From an uncultured delta proteobacterium (GTDB lineage: Bacteria; Desulfobacterota; Binatia; UBA9968), in contig CAWJBB010000046.1 in the NCBI GenBank assembly GCA_963840855.1, positions 96,001 through 160,000 on the forward strand: a stretch of 64,000 nucleotides of DNA, written 5' to 3'. Under the pieces are notes generated by a model. It was not told the origin of the DNA. It made no database searches and was given only the letters and a program-made list of their open reading frames with translations. Shown piece after piece: positions 36,860 through 46,957 of the stretch (the first letter of the stretch is position 1; every line of letters starts with the position of its first letter). A program made the translations under genes and the position numbers.

Positions 36860-38017
36860 ATGTTCAGACTCAACGGGCGAAAACAGATCGTCATTCTTGG
36901 CGGTGGCAGCGGTGGGGTGGTCGCCGCGACCCATCTGGGGCGCAGCCTAGGCGATCGCCATGACGTCATCCTGATCGATAAGCGACCGGATCACCTGTTC
37001 ATGCCGGCTTTTCTTTTCGTCATGGTCGGCGAGCGCCAGTCCAATGACGTGAGTAGAAGCTTGAAACTCTTGGAGCGACGGAACGTTAAATTCATTCAGT
37101 CCGAGGTTTTGGGAATTGATCCTTCCAGGCAAGAAATTCATGTTCAAAAAGAATCCATTAACTACGATTATCTGATCGTTTCTCTCGGTTTACAGACCAG
37201 GCCGGACCTCGTGCCAGGTTTTGCTGAGGCGTCGGTGCATCCTTGGGAGCTGGATGGCGCCTTGGAATTGCGCGACAAAATAACGGCTTTTAGAAGCGGC
37301 CGTGTAGTGGTCGGCGTTCCGCTCGGTCCGTATCGTTGCCCGCCCGCGCCCTATGAAGCACAGTGGATGTTGGACGATTATTTCAGGCGCAAAGGTATTC
37401 GCGAACGCGTGCAGATGGATTATTTCACCCGCGACCCTGAGCCGGCCGGAGAGCAGCGCACGCCTGCGGTCTGGATGGACGCTGAAAGCCGGCGGCGCAA
37501 TATCAAGCAGCACTATGAATTCGTCGTGCGTTCGATTGATGCCGAAGCCAAAACGGTGTCAGGGCTTTACGGCTATAAGATTCCATACGATCTGCTCGTT
37601 ATGGTGCCGCCGCACCGGCCCGCTCAGGTGCTTTCGGATTGCGGTCTGGCCGACACTGAGAACGGTATCCGCGTTGACTATGAAACGCTGAAAACCAAGT
37701 GGGATAATGTATACGCCATCGGTGACTGCGCCGATTTGCCGGCGTCTAAATCCGGTGGTGTGGCGCACCAGGAGGCCGACGTCGTCGCGCATAATCTCAC
37801 GGCTGAAATCACTGGAAAGGGCCGGCCCGTGGATCTCTGGCTCCACACCATATGACTGCTGGCGTTCGGCGCGGGCCGCGCCGCCGCAAATCGCACGACT
37901 TATCCAGGTGGCTGGCCGCCATTCGGCGCTACCGAAGCTCGAACTTGGGGGCCTTCGCGTCTGATTTACTGGGCTAAGGTAGGGTTTGAGAAGTGGTGGC
38001 TCTGGCGCTATTTCTAA
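36860..38017 (+). CDS. Sulfide:quinone oxidoreductase/FCSD-family flavoprotein, predicted selenocysteine at TGA 37853-37855
   Basis: ILGGGSGG, YRCPPAPYE, AIGD. The frame continues past TGA for 53 aa to the family-typical PSRLIYWAKVGFEKWWLWRYF* end. Confidence 0.8.
37857..37888 (+). promoter_or_regulatory. Bacterial SECIS-like hairpin
   Basis: UGC-U-GGC-GUUC-GGCGCG-[GGC]-CGCGCC-GCC-GCA; upper stem starts 12 nt after UGA and the loop begins with G. Confidence 0.65.
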
Positions 38018-38023
38018 CTTAGT

Positions 38024-38066
38024 TGTTCCAATCGTTCAAAACGTTCAAGTAGTTCCAATCGTTTGA
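38024..38066. repeat. Intergenic 9-mer repeat (GTTC(C/A)AxN)
   Basis: gttccaatc gttcaaaac gttcaagta gttccaatc; related arrays at 59688 and 60280-60359. Confidence 0.6.
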
Positions 38067-38198
38067 AGAATCGAATCTGTGCGTCGAAAAATGATGAGCA
38101 CTTCGGCAGTTCGCTTCTTTTTGATGCTTTGAATAGCTGAGGAGAGGAGGCTGAGGATAGGAGCGGAAGATTGATTGGCAAATTGAAGCTTGCTCGAT

Positions 38199-38226
38199 AG
38201 TTGACATAATATATCTTATCAGACGT
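38199..38226 (-). other. dif site (XerC/XerD)
   Basis: Minus strand ACGTCTGATAA-GATATA-TTATGTCAACT, 11-6-11 layout (cf. E. coli GGTGCGCATAA-TGTATA-TTATGTTAAAT); intergenic between convergent genes. Confidence 0.8.
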
Positions 38227-38238
38227 TATAGTCTAACC

Positions 38239-38923
38239 CTATTTTACGCTGGGTTGAGCGCCGGCTTTTGCCTCTAGATCTGCAAGCTTCACGGTTACGG
38301 CGGCTTCAGGATCATCCTTTAAATAGTCGCGATAACTCGCGATGGCTGATTGGATATCACCCATCTGTTCAGCGCAGCGCGCCTTCCCGAGGCGCGCCTC
38401 CTGTTGCAAGGCATTTTTGATCTTCTCCGCTTCGCCGTAGCGCGCAGTTGCTTGCTTGCATAGGTTTTGTTGTTCTTCGACGGCGGCAACCGTTATCAGA
38501 GCTATCTGGCGAAAAAGCGTATCCGGGCCGGTTGCCGCTAAGAAACGCTGCGCCGGCGCGGCCGCTTTAGCGGTTTCACCGAGACTGAGATAGCTATTCG
38601 CTTCATAGAGATATCCCAACACCGCGTAACGCGACCACCGGTAGCCCTGGACCTTTTGAAACTCCGCGATGGCTTCGCGGATATTTTTGCGCCTGATAAA
38701 GGGATAACGCGCCCCCGAACTCCCTGCTCGCCGCGGCGTTGTGGCGCGCCTTGAAAAGCTGCCACCCAGAGACAACCAAGAGAAGGACTCCCAGGGCGGC
38801 CAGTCCGCCAAGTACCTTCACGCGGTGTTGGGTGAAGAGGTCGAGAGCTTTTTCAGTCGTTACTTGGAACCAGTCGGGCCGACGTAGCTCCTTGCGGGTG
38901 ATTCTCTTACTCGACGTGGCCAT
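38239..38923 (-). CDS. YfgM-like TM/TPR protein (1-nt frameshift ~38680)
   Basis: RITRKELRRPDWF N-terminus, a TM helix, then TPR helices in the adjacent frame. Confidence 0.75.
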
Positions 38924-38965
38924 TGCGGTAGAGCGGCGAACGGATAAACAGCGCGGCGGGCAAGT

Positions 38966-39493
38966 TCATGTCTTGTATTTGAAGTCCTGCGGCGTCATTT
39001 TTTCGAGGATTTCTCCCCATTTTTCCTGGGAAACGTTGGAGATATTCTCCACCGGTGCTTCCCTGTTTTCTTCGTTCTGTTGCAGTACGCTCGACGCTTC
39101 CAAAACCGCTTTCGCTACGTAGATCGGACTTTTGGTTCGAAGCGCCAGAGCAATGGCGTCACTGGGACGGGAATCGATGTTCAACTGCCGGCCCGCTATG
39201 TTGAGCCGCACCGAAGCGTAATAAGTGTTCTCCTTAAGCTCCGTGATTTCAATGGACTCTACCGCGCAGCCGACTTCTCCCAAAATGTTGCGCAAAAGGT
39301 CGTGGGTCATGGGCCGGGCCATCTTGACCCCTTCAATCTCCGTGGCCATGGCGGTGGCCTCCAACAGACCGATCCAGATTGGCAGATTAAGTTTGTTGTC
39401 CGGGTCTTTGAGAATGACGATGGGTGTTTTCGTGACCGGGTCCAACGTTAAACCGCCAACTGACATCTCAATGGTGTCTTCCCTTTTCGTCAT
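38966..39493 (-). CDS. Bifunctional nuclease family protein (DUF151)
   Basis: LPIWIG..EA, RPMTHDL, IDSRPSDAIALA. Confidence 0.92.
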   Translation of the reverse strand: MTKREDTIEMSVGGLTLDPVTKTPIVILKDPDNKLNLPIWIGLLEATAMATEIEGVKMARPMTHDLLRNILGEVGCAVESIEITELKENTYYASVRLNIAGRQLNIDSRPSDAIALALRTKSPIYVAKAVLEASSVLQQNEENREAPVENISNVSQEKWGEILEKMTPQDFKYKT

Positions 39494-40854
39494 GCCGTTT
39501 CCCCTTCTGCGTAGATATCGGTCTGGGCCGTGGTATTTAAAATTTCTGCTAAGAGCGAGTTCGCCGTGGCGCCCGTGATTCGAACCGTCTGAAATGTTCC
39601 AAGCAATTTTTCCGCACCCATTGCGTTAACGATTCTATTGCCGCGCGTGCGGCCCATGATCTGACCGTTCTTGAGCCTTGAGTTGCCCTCTACCAATATT
39701 GTTTCTATGTCGCCTATCCTTTCCCTATTCTTTCTCAGAGATATATCCCTTTGCAAGGACTGAACAGCCGTCAAACGCTCTTTTTTGACCTGTTCCGGAA
39801 TATCGTCATTGTAAAGTTTCGCGGAAACCGTCTGCGGCCGCGGTGAATATGTGAACGAGTAGATTTCATTATACTCTAGACTACTCAGCAATTCTAGCGT
39901 GGCTTCGAATTCGCTCTCGGTTTCGCCGGGAAAACCGACGATGATATCCGTGCTAAGCGAGATTTCCGGACAACGTTCGCGCAGTCGGTCGATGCGGCCG
40001 AGATATTCGGCGCGCGTGTAGCCACGGCGCATCCGCGCCAGCACGGAATCCGAACCGGATTGCACGGGCAGGTGCAAGTGCTCGCAAAGCTTTCCCAGTG
40101 TCGCGAAGGCCTCGGTCAGTTCCGGCGACAGGTCTTGCGGATGAGAAGTGGTGAAGCGAATGCGTCGAATGCCGTCGACTTGATCGACTCGGCGCAACAG
40201 TTCGGCGAAGTGGATTTCACCGGGCATGGTCTTGCCGTAAGAATTGACGTTTTGGCCGAGCAGCATCACTTCCTTTACGCCCTGGCGCGCCAATGTTTCC
40301 ACCTCAGCGATGATTCTGGAGCTGGGCCGGCTAATTTCTCGCCCACGCACATGCGGCACGATACAAAAACTGCAAACTTTGTTGCAGCCCTGCATGATCG
40401 TGACAAACGCCTTGGCGCCCTGCACCTGGACGCGCTCCTCGGGATCTTCAAGGTACGATGGATCGCGGTAAAAAGCAGTCTCCATCGGGCGCGCGCTGTA
40501 GGTTTCTACCTGCTCGATCATTTCCGGGAGCTTGTGAATGTTCTGCGTCCCAAAGACGAAATCGAGATGCGGCATACGTTGGAGCAAGCGTTCGCCTTCC
40601 TGTTGAGCCACGCAGCCGCCGACGCCGATGATCACGCCCTCGCGATGCTCCTTGATTTCTTTCCATGTCCCCAGCGCGCTGTAGACTTTTTGTTCCGCCT
40701 TGTCGCGCACGCTGCACGTATTGAGCAGAATGAGATCGGCGCTCTCGATGCGATCTGTAGGGATGTAATCAAACCGACCCAGCACCCGGGCGATGCGCTC
40801 GGAATCGTACTGATTCATCTGGCAGCCGTAGGTCTGGATGTAAAGCTTCTTCAT
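39490..40854 (-). CDS. miaB: tRNA-2-methylthio-N6-dimethylallyladenosine synthase
   Basis: TYGCQMN, NTCSVR, CNKVCSFC radical SAM motif, HLPVQSGS, TRAM domain. Confidence 0.95.
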   Translation of the reverse strand: MKKLYIQTYGCQMNQYDSERIARVLGRFDYIPTDRIESADLILLNTCSVRDKAEQKVYSALGTWKEIKEHREGVIIGVGGCVAQQEGERLLQRMPHLDFVFGTQNIHKLPEMIEQVETYSARPMETAFYRDPSYLEDPEERVQVQGAKAFVTIMQGCNKVCSFCIVPHVRGREISRPSSRIIAEVETLARQGVKEVMLLGQNVNSYGKTMPGEIHFAELLRRVDQVDGIRRIRFTTSHPQDLSPELTEAFATLGKLCEHLHLPVQSGSDSVLARMRRGYTRAEYLGRIDRLRERCPEISLSTDIIVGFPGETESEFEATLELLSSLEYNEIYSFTYSPRPQTVSAKLYNDDIPEQVKKERLTAVQSLQRDISLRKNRERIGDIETILVEGNSRLKNGQIMGRTRGNRIVNAMGAEKLLGTFQTVRITGATANSLLAEILNTTAQTDIYAEGETA

Positions 40855-42257
40855 GGCGCGATCAAATCGACGATCTTGTAAAGCTGGCTGATACTGCGGC
40901 ATTCCTCGGCGACGTCGCAATGGGGAGCGTAGCGCGGCATCTCGCTGTCGCCGACGCCCCAGGTCATGCGGCTTTCGGGGTTGAGCCAAATCAGCTGTTT
41001 GGCCTTGCGTTGGATCTCCCGGAGCACCCAATCGTTGGGGCGATTATAATTGTTACGCCCGTCGCCAATAATCAGCACCGTGGTCTTGGAGTCAACGGCG
41101 GACAGATAATTTTTGTGAAACAGTTCGAAGGCGCGCCCGAAATTGGAGTGGGAAAAGACGTCAATCACGTCGCCCTTTAGCGCCGCTTCCACCGCCCGAT
41201 GGATCTCGTTTTCTTCAAACAGTTTGGTAACTTCGCCGATGTCGCTGACGAAGACGAAACTGCGCACCTTGGCATAAAGATCCTGGATTGAATAGACGAA
41301 TTGCAGCATGAAGCGAGAGGCATTCAACACGGAGTCCGAAATATCGCACAGCACCATGACCTGGGGTTTGGTTTTCTTGCGGCGGTCGAGCATGATCTCA
41401 AAGGGCACACCGCCATATTGAAGATTCTTGCGCAGCGTCTTTTTTACGTCGAAGCGGCCGCGCGCCGCTTTTTTTCGCCTTACCGACAGGCGGTTCTTCA
41501 GACGCTGGGCGAGGCGGGTGACGGCGTCGTTCATGCGCCGGATATCATCCTCGCTGTAGAATGCGAAACTCTTGTCGGCCAGCGAGCTGCGCGCGCTGGA
41601 GTCGCGCGGCTCATGTCCCTGTTTGCGTTGTTCCTGCTGAATAGCCTCGCGTAGCAAGCGGTTTAAATTGCGCAGGCGCTCGTCCAGATAGCGCATGATG
41701 TTCTTGAGATCGTCGCCGTTTTCGCCAAGCATCTGGAGCAGCGCTTTGAAACGCTCGATTTCACTTTGTACTCGCTCCAGTTCAAGGCGCGCCCCCAACC
41801 TCATGTAAGGCGTGAAACGGAAGCCGTCGAGACCGCCGCTATCCAGCTCCTGGCGCGCCGCCTCCCGGAAGAGTCGTTCCAGCTCGGCGTGGTTGGCGGT
41901 CAAGAGCGCTTTAGTCAGATCGGATAAATCCCCTTCCATTTGCCGCAAGAGCTGTTGGATATGCTCGAGCATCCTTTGGTACTGCTCGGGGGACAGTCCG
42001 AGCTCTTCCATCATGCGCCGGTCGAGAGCGTCGATGGCCTGGCCGAGGCCCAAAAAGAAAAAGTCAAAAAGTTCTTCGAAGGGTTGAATGTCGCCGACGC
42101 GTTTGACCAGCGTCGCCCGCAAGGCGTCCCTGAATAGCTGTTGGTCTTCGATGCCGAGGCGCTGCAACGCGCGGAACACGTCCATGTTTTCCGAAAGCGA
42201 CACCCGCACGCCGTTTCGGCGCAGCACATTGGCGAATTCGATGATGCGTTCTTCCAT
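40851..42257 (-). CDS. VWA domain protein (CoxE-like)
   Basis: LCDISDS MIDAS, GDGRNN, IWLNPE...WGVGDS. Confidence 0.88.
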   Translation of the reverse strand: MEERIIEFANVLRRNGVRVSLSENMDVFRALQRLGIEDQQLFRDALRATLVKRVGDIQPFEELFDFFFLGLGQAIDALDRRMMEELGLSPEQYQRMLEHIQQLLRQMEGDLSDLTKALLTANHAELERLFREAARQELDSGGLDGFRFTPYMRLGARLELERVQSEIERFKALLQMLGENGDDLKNIMRYLDERLRNLNRLLREAIQQEQRKQGHEPRDSSARSSLADKSFAFYSEDDIRRMNDAVTRLAQRLKNRLSVRRKKAARGRFDVKKTLRKNLQYGGVPFEIMLDRRKKTKPQVMVLCDISDSVLNASRFMLQFVYSIQDLYAKVRSFVFVSDIGEVTKLFEENEIHRAVEAALKGDVIDVFSHSNFGRAFELFHKNYLSAVDSKTTVLIIGDGRNNYNRPNDWVLREIQRKAKQLIWLNPESRMTWGVGDSEMPRYAPHCDVAEECRSISQLYKIVDLIAP

Positions 42258-42277
42258 GACGGCGCGCGATTTCGGTC

Positions 42278-43237
42278 CTAATGTAGATGATCCTCGTCGC
42301 CGCCCCTGGTCGCGCCGCGCTGGGCTTTGCGCTCGGCGAGATAAGCCTTAAGCTCCTGGTGCGCTTTGCGGATATCGGCTTCGTACTTCATAAGCACGGA
42401 CAGCGTCTGGTCTACCAGGTCGTGGTCCAGTTGTTTGATATTGAGCAGGGCAAGCGCTTTTACCCAGTCGAGAGATTCGCTGATGCTGGGAGTTTTCTTC
42501 AAGTCTAGCTTGCGCACCCGCTGGAGCAGACGCACGACTTCCTGCACGAGCTGGCTGCCAACCCCGGGAACTTTGAGCTTGATGATTTCCATCTCCCGCT
42601 CGCTGTCGGGAAAATCCAGATACAAATGGAGGCAGCGCCGTTTGAGCGCGTCGGACATTTCCCGGCTATTGTTGCTGGTTAGAACGACCAGCGGGATATG
42701 TTTCGCCTTGAGAGTGCCGATTTCCGGGACGGTGATTTGAAAATCGCTCAACACCTCGAGCAAAAACGCTTCAAACTCGGCGTCCGACTTGTCGACTTCG
42801 TCGATCAACAGGACCGTGGGTTTCTCGGCTAACAGAGCGCGCAAGAGCGGCCGGGGCAACAGGAAACGGTCCGAAAAAAACACCCCGTCCTGGGCGGCGA
42901 TGGAGTTCACCGCTTCCTGCAACGTCTCGGAGCCTTTGGTGATCTCACCGATCTTGTCTTTCAGGATCTGCGTGTAGAGCAGCTGCTTGGCGTATTCCCA
43001 CTCATAGAGCGCCTTGGCTTCATCGAGTCCCTCGTAACATTGAAGCCGGATCAGCTCCAAACCCAAGGAGCCGGCCAGCACTTTTCCCAGCTCGGTCTTT
43101 CCCACACCGGCCGGTCCTTCCACGAGAATCGGCTTTTGCAGCGCCGCGCCGAGATATACCACTGTGGCCACGCTCTTGCCGCAAATATAATTTTGCCCGC
43201 CCAACCCAGCGATTACGTCATCCACTGTCTGAAACAT
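42278..43237 (-). CDS. MoxR-family AAA+ ATPase (CoxD-like)
   Basis: EGPAGVGKT, RLQCYEGLD, LLIDEVDK, DALKRRC. Confidence 0.92.
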   Translation of the reverse strand: MFQTVDDVIAGLGGQNYICGKSVATVVYLGAALQKPILVEGPAGVGKTELGKVLAGSLGLELIRLQCYEGLDEAKALYEWEYAKQLLYTQILKDKIGEITKGSETLQEAVNSIAAQDGVFFSDRFLLPRPLLRALLAEKPTVLLIDEVDKSDAEFEAFLLEVLSDFQITVPEIGTLKAKHIPLVVLTSNNSREMSDALKRRCLHLYLDFPDSEREMEIIKLKVPGVGSQLVQEVVRLLQRVRKLDLKKTPSISESLDWVKALALLNIKQLDHDLVDQTLSVLMKYEADIRKAHQELKAYLAERKAQRGATRGGDEDHLH

Positions 43238-43336
43238 GGTTTTCCTTTCCAATTTGCCGAAACTAACATAATCGTTTGGCGACAACAATAAAGCATGTTT
43301 GCACATAGCCGGGGCTTTCTGTAGTAAACGAGGTGG

Positions 43337-44097
43337 ATGTGTACTCTGGCGCTCTTTTTTGATGTTTTTGACAGATATCCCCTGCTGATAGGCTGCCAAC
43401 CGCGACGAGCGCTACGACCGCCCCGCAACGCCGCCGGGCTTGATCGCCGCCAACCCCAAAATCATCGCAGGCAAGGATCTGCGCGCCGGCGGCACATGGT
43501 TGGGAATCAATGAATATGGACTTCTGGTCGGAATCCTCAATCGCCGCGCCAATGGCGCGACACCCATTCATGCCCAACCCCCGTTCGCGGGGGTTGCTCT
43601 GTATGGATCTGCTCGCTCTCCGAAGCGCAGCGGAGGCCCGCGAGTTCCTTGGCCGCCATGAGGAAAACTACAATCCGTTCACCGTGGTTTACGTCGATCC
43701 GGAAGGCGCCGGCGTGGCCTTCAATGACAAGGAGAGCATCACGGTACGCGCGCTGAACGCCGGGCTCCATGTATTCAGCAGCGCCGCGGCAGTCGATACC
43801 GCATCGGGTAAGGCCGATCGTGCCTACGGCCGATTTCTTAGCTGGGCCACCGGGTCGCCCGCGCAAAAACAATCGGGCGATTGGCTCGGCGGGCTCAAGC
43901 GGCTGCTCGGCGACCATAGTGTGCTTAGCGACGACGATCCCCGGGACGCTATCTGCGTTCATGGCACGGAGTCGGGGACGGTTTCGTCAAGCATCATTCA
44001 TTTCTCGGCAATACAGAGACGTTTTGAGAGTTACTACTGCGCCGGCGCGCCATGCCAAAACTCTTTCGCCGCGCCCCTGGCGCTGGTTGTTTCATGA
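43337..44097 (+). CDS. NRDE (TANGO2) family protein, two 1-nt frameshifts
   Basis: MCTL start, (A)ANRDE, GKDLRAGGTWLGIN, RSRG.L, GTVSSS spread over three frames. Confidence 0.8.
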
Positions 44098-44807
44098 TTC
44101 AAAAACCGCGCCTCGCAGCCACTGTAATATTGCTCAGGGCGGCCGAGCCGCGCGGCTTCGAGGTGTTTCTCACGCGCCGCCCCGAAGGCATGGCTTTTCT
44201 CGGCGGCATGTATTGCTTTCCCGGTGGCACGCTGCGCACCGAAGATTTCTCCGACGCCATGCTGAGCCGGTGCGCAGGAATGACTCCCGAGCAGGCGCAA
44301 AAAATCATCGGCGCCGAGTTTGCTCCGCGCCAAGCGCTTGGGCTGTGGATCGCCACGATTCGCGAATTGTTCGAAGAGACGGGGATTCTACTCGCGGTCA
44401 ACGGCGCGGGCGAACGGATTCTTGCGAACACCGGGCTTGCAAGCCGCCTTACCGAAAAGCATGCCCGCTTGCTCGGCAAGACGTTAAGCTTTTACTCGGT
44501 CCTCGAATCAGAAGGACTTTTCTGCGACCTCGCCGCGTTGGCCCACTTTTCCCACTGGCAAACACCGGCGCAAGTTTCCATGCGCTTTGACACCCATTTT
44601 TTTCTGGCATCTTTGCCAGCGGATCAATCTCCCCTGCCGACATCATCTGAAGTCACCCAGAGCGTGTGGTTGACACCCGACGCAGCGCTGCGCTTGTTCG
44701 GCAAGAATGAGCTGCCGATGATTTTTCCGACGTTCGCGTCGCTCAGAACTTTGGCCGACTTCGATTCTTTGGAAAGGGTGTTTAAAGAATATTGCGTCGG
44801 CAGCTAA
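44094..44807 (+). CDS. NUDIX hydrolase
   Basis: AATVILLR, FPGG, IRELFEETG, WQTP...RFDTHFF, FPT. Confidence 0.88.
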   Translation: MIQKPRLAATVILLRAAEPRGFEVFLTRRPEGMAFLGGMYCFPGGTLRTEDFSDAMLSRCAGMTPEQAQKIIGAEFAPRQALGLWIATIRELFEETGILLAVNGAGERILANTGLASRLTEKHARLLGKTLSFYSVLESEGLFCDLAALAHFSHWQTPAQVSMRFDTHFFLASLPADQSPLPTSSEVTQSVWLTPDAALRLFGKNELPMIFPTFASLRTLADFDSLERVFKEYCVGS

Positions 44808-44860
44808 ATCATGACCCTGGCTGGGGGTCCACTAAAAGCCCCTATTACCTTACTACCGCA

Positions 44861-45532
44861 TTACTTTTTTGCCTGCCCCTTACGCGTCAAACTCGATGTC
44901 TGCATCAGGTTGTTGCCATCAAAAATGTACGACGCGCAAAGAGCAGTGCTCTTGGAATTGACCGAGCTGCAATACGTCAGTTGATTGCCTGAGAGCTGGT
45001 CTGGTTGACCCCCAGGACCGCTGGCGAGGCGCGATTTTTCTGTGCCGTCTTTGTGGCGCACCCGGACTCGATGGAGACCGCCTCGACCATCAACCCGGAA
45101 AAACTCCACCTCATCCCCATTGCAGTTTTGGTACTGGGATATGGTGATGAGACGCCCGCTACTTTCCGGAAAGCGGATCTCCTTGATTTCTTCGCCTCGA
45201 TTTTCGGTAAAAACTCGTTTACCCACGGGGAGCGCAACGTGAAAAGTTCTATTCTTCAGACTGACGATCTGGTAGTTGCCCGTATACCTTTTGCTGCCGC
45301 TTTTTCCCCCGCAGGAGTCGGTCCGCAGGATTTCCATCTTCTCGTCATCGGCGTGAATGAACACCTCGATCAAGATGGGACCAACCGTGAATGCGATCCG
45401 CGCGCGGCTGTGCTCTCTGAGTGACTTGATTTCAGGGTCGGTTTCTTGCGGCGCGGCGGCCATAGCGCCATGGTAGGCCCCAAACAACGATACCGTGAGT
45501 AAAACGATGGAAAACATTGTATGTCGTTTCAT
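44861..45532 (-). CDS. Secreted hypothetical protein
   Basis: Signal-peptide-like N-terminus and paired Cys; start uncertain. Confidence 0.55.
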   Translation of the reverse strand: MKRHTMFSIVLLTVSLFGAYHGAMAAAPQETDPEIKSLREHSRARIAFTVGPILIEVFIHADDEKMEILRTDSCGGKSGSKRYTGNYQIVSLKNRTFHVALPVGKRVFTENRGEEIKEIRFPESSGRLITISQYQNCNGDEVEFFRVDGRGGLHRVRVRHKDGTEKSRLASGPGGQPDQLSGNQLTYCSSVNSKSTALCASYIFDGNNLMQTSSLTRKGQAKK

Positions 45533-45618
45533 CAGAGTCACAGACGGATGACCGTTGACATGCCGATCACACGGTCGCTGGACGTAGTGCGCCGGGTTAT
45601 GAATGTTTTTATTCTCAG

Positions 45619-45904
45619 TCACCACTGCTTTAAAACGTCATCGAGCTTTTTGCGGTCTCCGTCGGGGATATCTTCGCGCGGTCGCTGCGCGGGCAGAGGG
45701 CCGCGGTTTTTACCGGCTTCCTGATCCCGTGGCGAACTTGCACCTGGATCGGGTAGTGGCTTTGCCCGGAGCGACCAGCCGTATGATGTCGTGCCAAAAA
45801 AGCCAGATAAGGAAAGCAAGAAACCATAGGCTCAGCGGCGTTATAATAAAAAGAAAAAGCGACCGGAGCCAACGATGCGTCTTTCTTCTTCTGCTCTGAG
45901 CCAC
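45619..45904 (-). CDS. Small single-TM hypothetical protein (frameshift ~45765)
   Basis: A TM segment in one frame joins ...REDIPDGDRKKLDDVLK in another. Confidence 0.45.
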
Positions 45905-45915
45905 TGCGACATGTG

Positions 45916-46000
45916 GTTCAAAGTTCAAGGTTCAACGTTTCAGATTCGGACTTTCCGATTCGAGAATCGGACCTTGAACTTTGAACGTTGAATCTTGAAC
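45916..46000. repeat. Intergenic palindromic 7-mer array
   Basis: (GTTCAAN)x3, a spacer, then (NTTGAAC)x4; same layout at 53777-53874. Confidence 0.65.
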
Positions 46001-46006
46001 GTGACA

Positions 46007-46957
46007 TCAGTAGTTGGGTTTGTGCTCGAAGAAGTGCGTCGCGTTGATGACGCGGACCGTGCGGGTCTTGGAGCGCATCACCACCGACTGGGTTGTGGCG
46101 CCGCCGGAGAAAAAGTGCACACCTTGGAGGTAGTCGCCGTCGGTGACGCCGGTGGCGGCGAACATCACGTCGCCGGCGGCCAGTTCGTCGATCTTGAACT
46201 TTTTATTGATGTCGGTCACGCCCATTTTCATGGCCCGCTCTATTTCTTCGTTGTTGCGCGGTTTCAAGCGGCCGTGAAACTCACCGCCGACGCAACGCAG
46301 CGCCGCAGCCGCCAGCACTCCTTCGGGCGCGCCGCCGATGCCGAGCAGGAGATCGATTCCAGTTTCCGGCTTGGTCGTGGCGATGGCGGCGGAAACGTCG
46401 CCATCGCCGATCAAGCGAATCCGCGCGCCGGCCTTGCGGACTTCTTGAATGAGGGCATCGTGGCGCGGCCGCGCAAGGATAATGACCATGAGATCTTCCA
46501 CCCTGCAGCCCTTCGCTTCGGCCAGCGCGTGCAAATTTTGCGTCGGCGTCTTGTCGAGATCAACGACGCCTTGGCCGATGGGTCCAGCGGCGATCTTTTC
46601 CATATAGGTGTCGGGACAATTGAGCAGGTTGCCGCCGTCGCCCATGGCGATGACGGCGAGCGCGTTGGGCGCGCCAGTGGCACAGATTGTAGTGCCTTCC
46701 AGAGGGTCGAGAGCGATATCGACTTTAGGACCGCCGCATCCGACTTTCTCGCCGATGTAGAGCATCGGCGCTTCGTCCCGCTCGCCTTCGCCGATCACCA
46801 CCGTGCCATCGATGGCCAGGGCGTCGAAAGCTTTGCGCATGGCGTCCACGGCGGCCTGATCAGCGGCCTTTTCGTCGCCCCGACCCGTCCAACGGGCACA
46901 ATTAAGGGCCGCCGCTTCCGTTACACGCACGGCTTCGAGAGCTAAGTTTCGGTCCAC
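46007..46957 (-). CDS. glpX: Class II fructose-1,6-bisphosphatase
   Basis: RVTEAAA, VIGEGERDEAPMLYIGE, DPLEGT, DGDV, GAPEGV, AATGVTDG. Confidence 0.96.
   Translation of the reverse strand: MDRNLALEAVRVTEAAALNCARWTGRGDEKAADQAAVDAMRKAFDALAIDGTVVIGEGERDEAPMLYIGEKVGCGGPKVDIALDPLEGTTICATGAPNALAVIAMGDGGNLLNCPDTYMEKIAAGPIGQGVVDLDKTPTQNLHALAEAKGCRVEDLMVIILARPRHDALIQEVRKAGARIRLIGDGDVSAAIATTKPETGIDLLLGIGGAPEGVLAAAALRCVGGEFHGRLKPRNNEEIERAMKMGVTDINKKFKIDELAAGDVMFAATGVTDGDYLQGVHFFSGGATTQSVVMRSKTRTVRVINATHFFEHKPNY

Noticed and set aside
45995-46945. Long antisense ORFs (here opposite glpX; also 31138-32073, 40060-40881, 2635-3297)
   Set aside because: Typical stop-poor shadows of GC-rich coding strands, with no motifs or SD.
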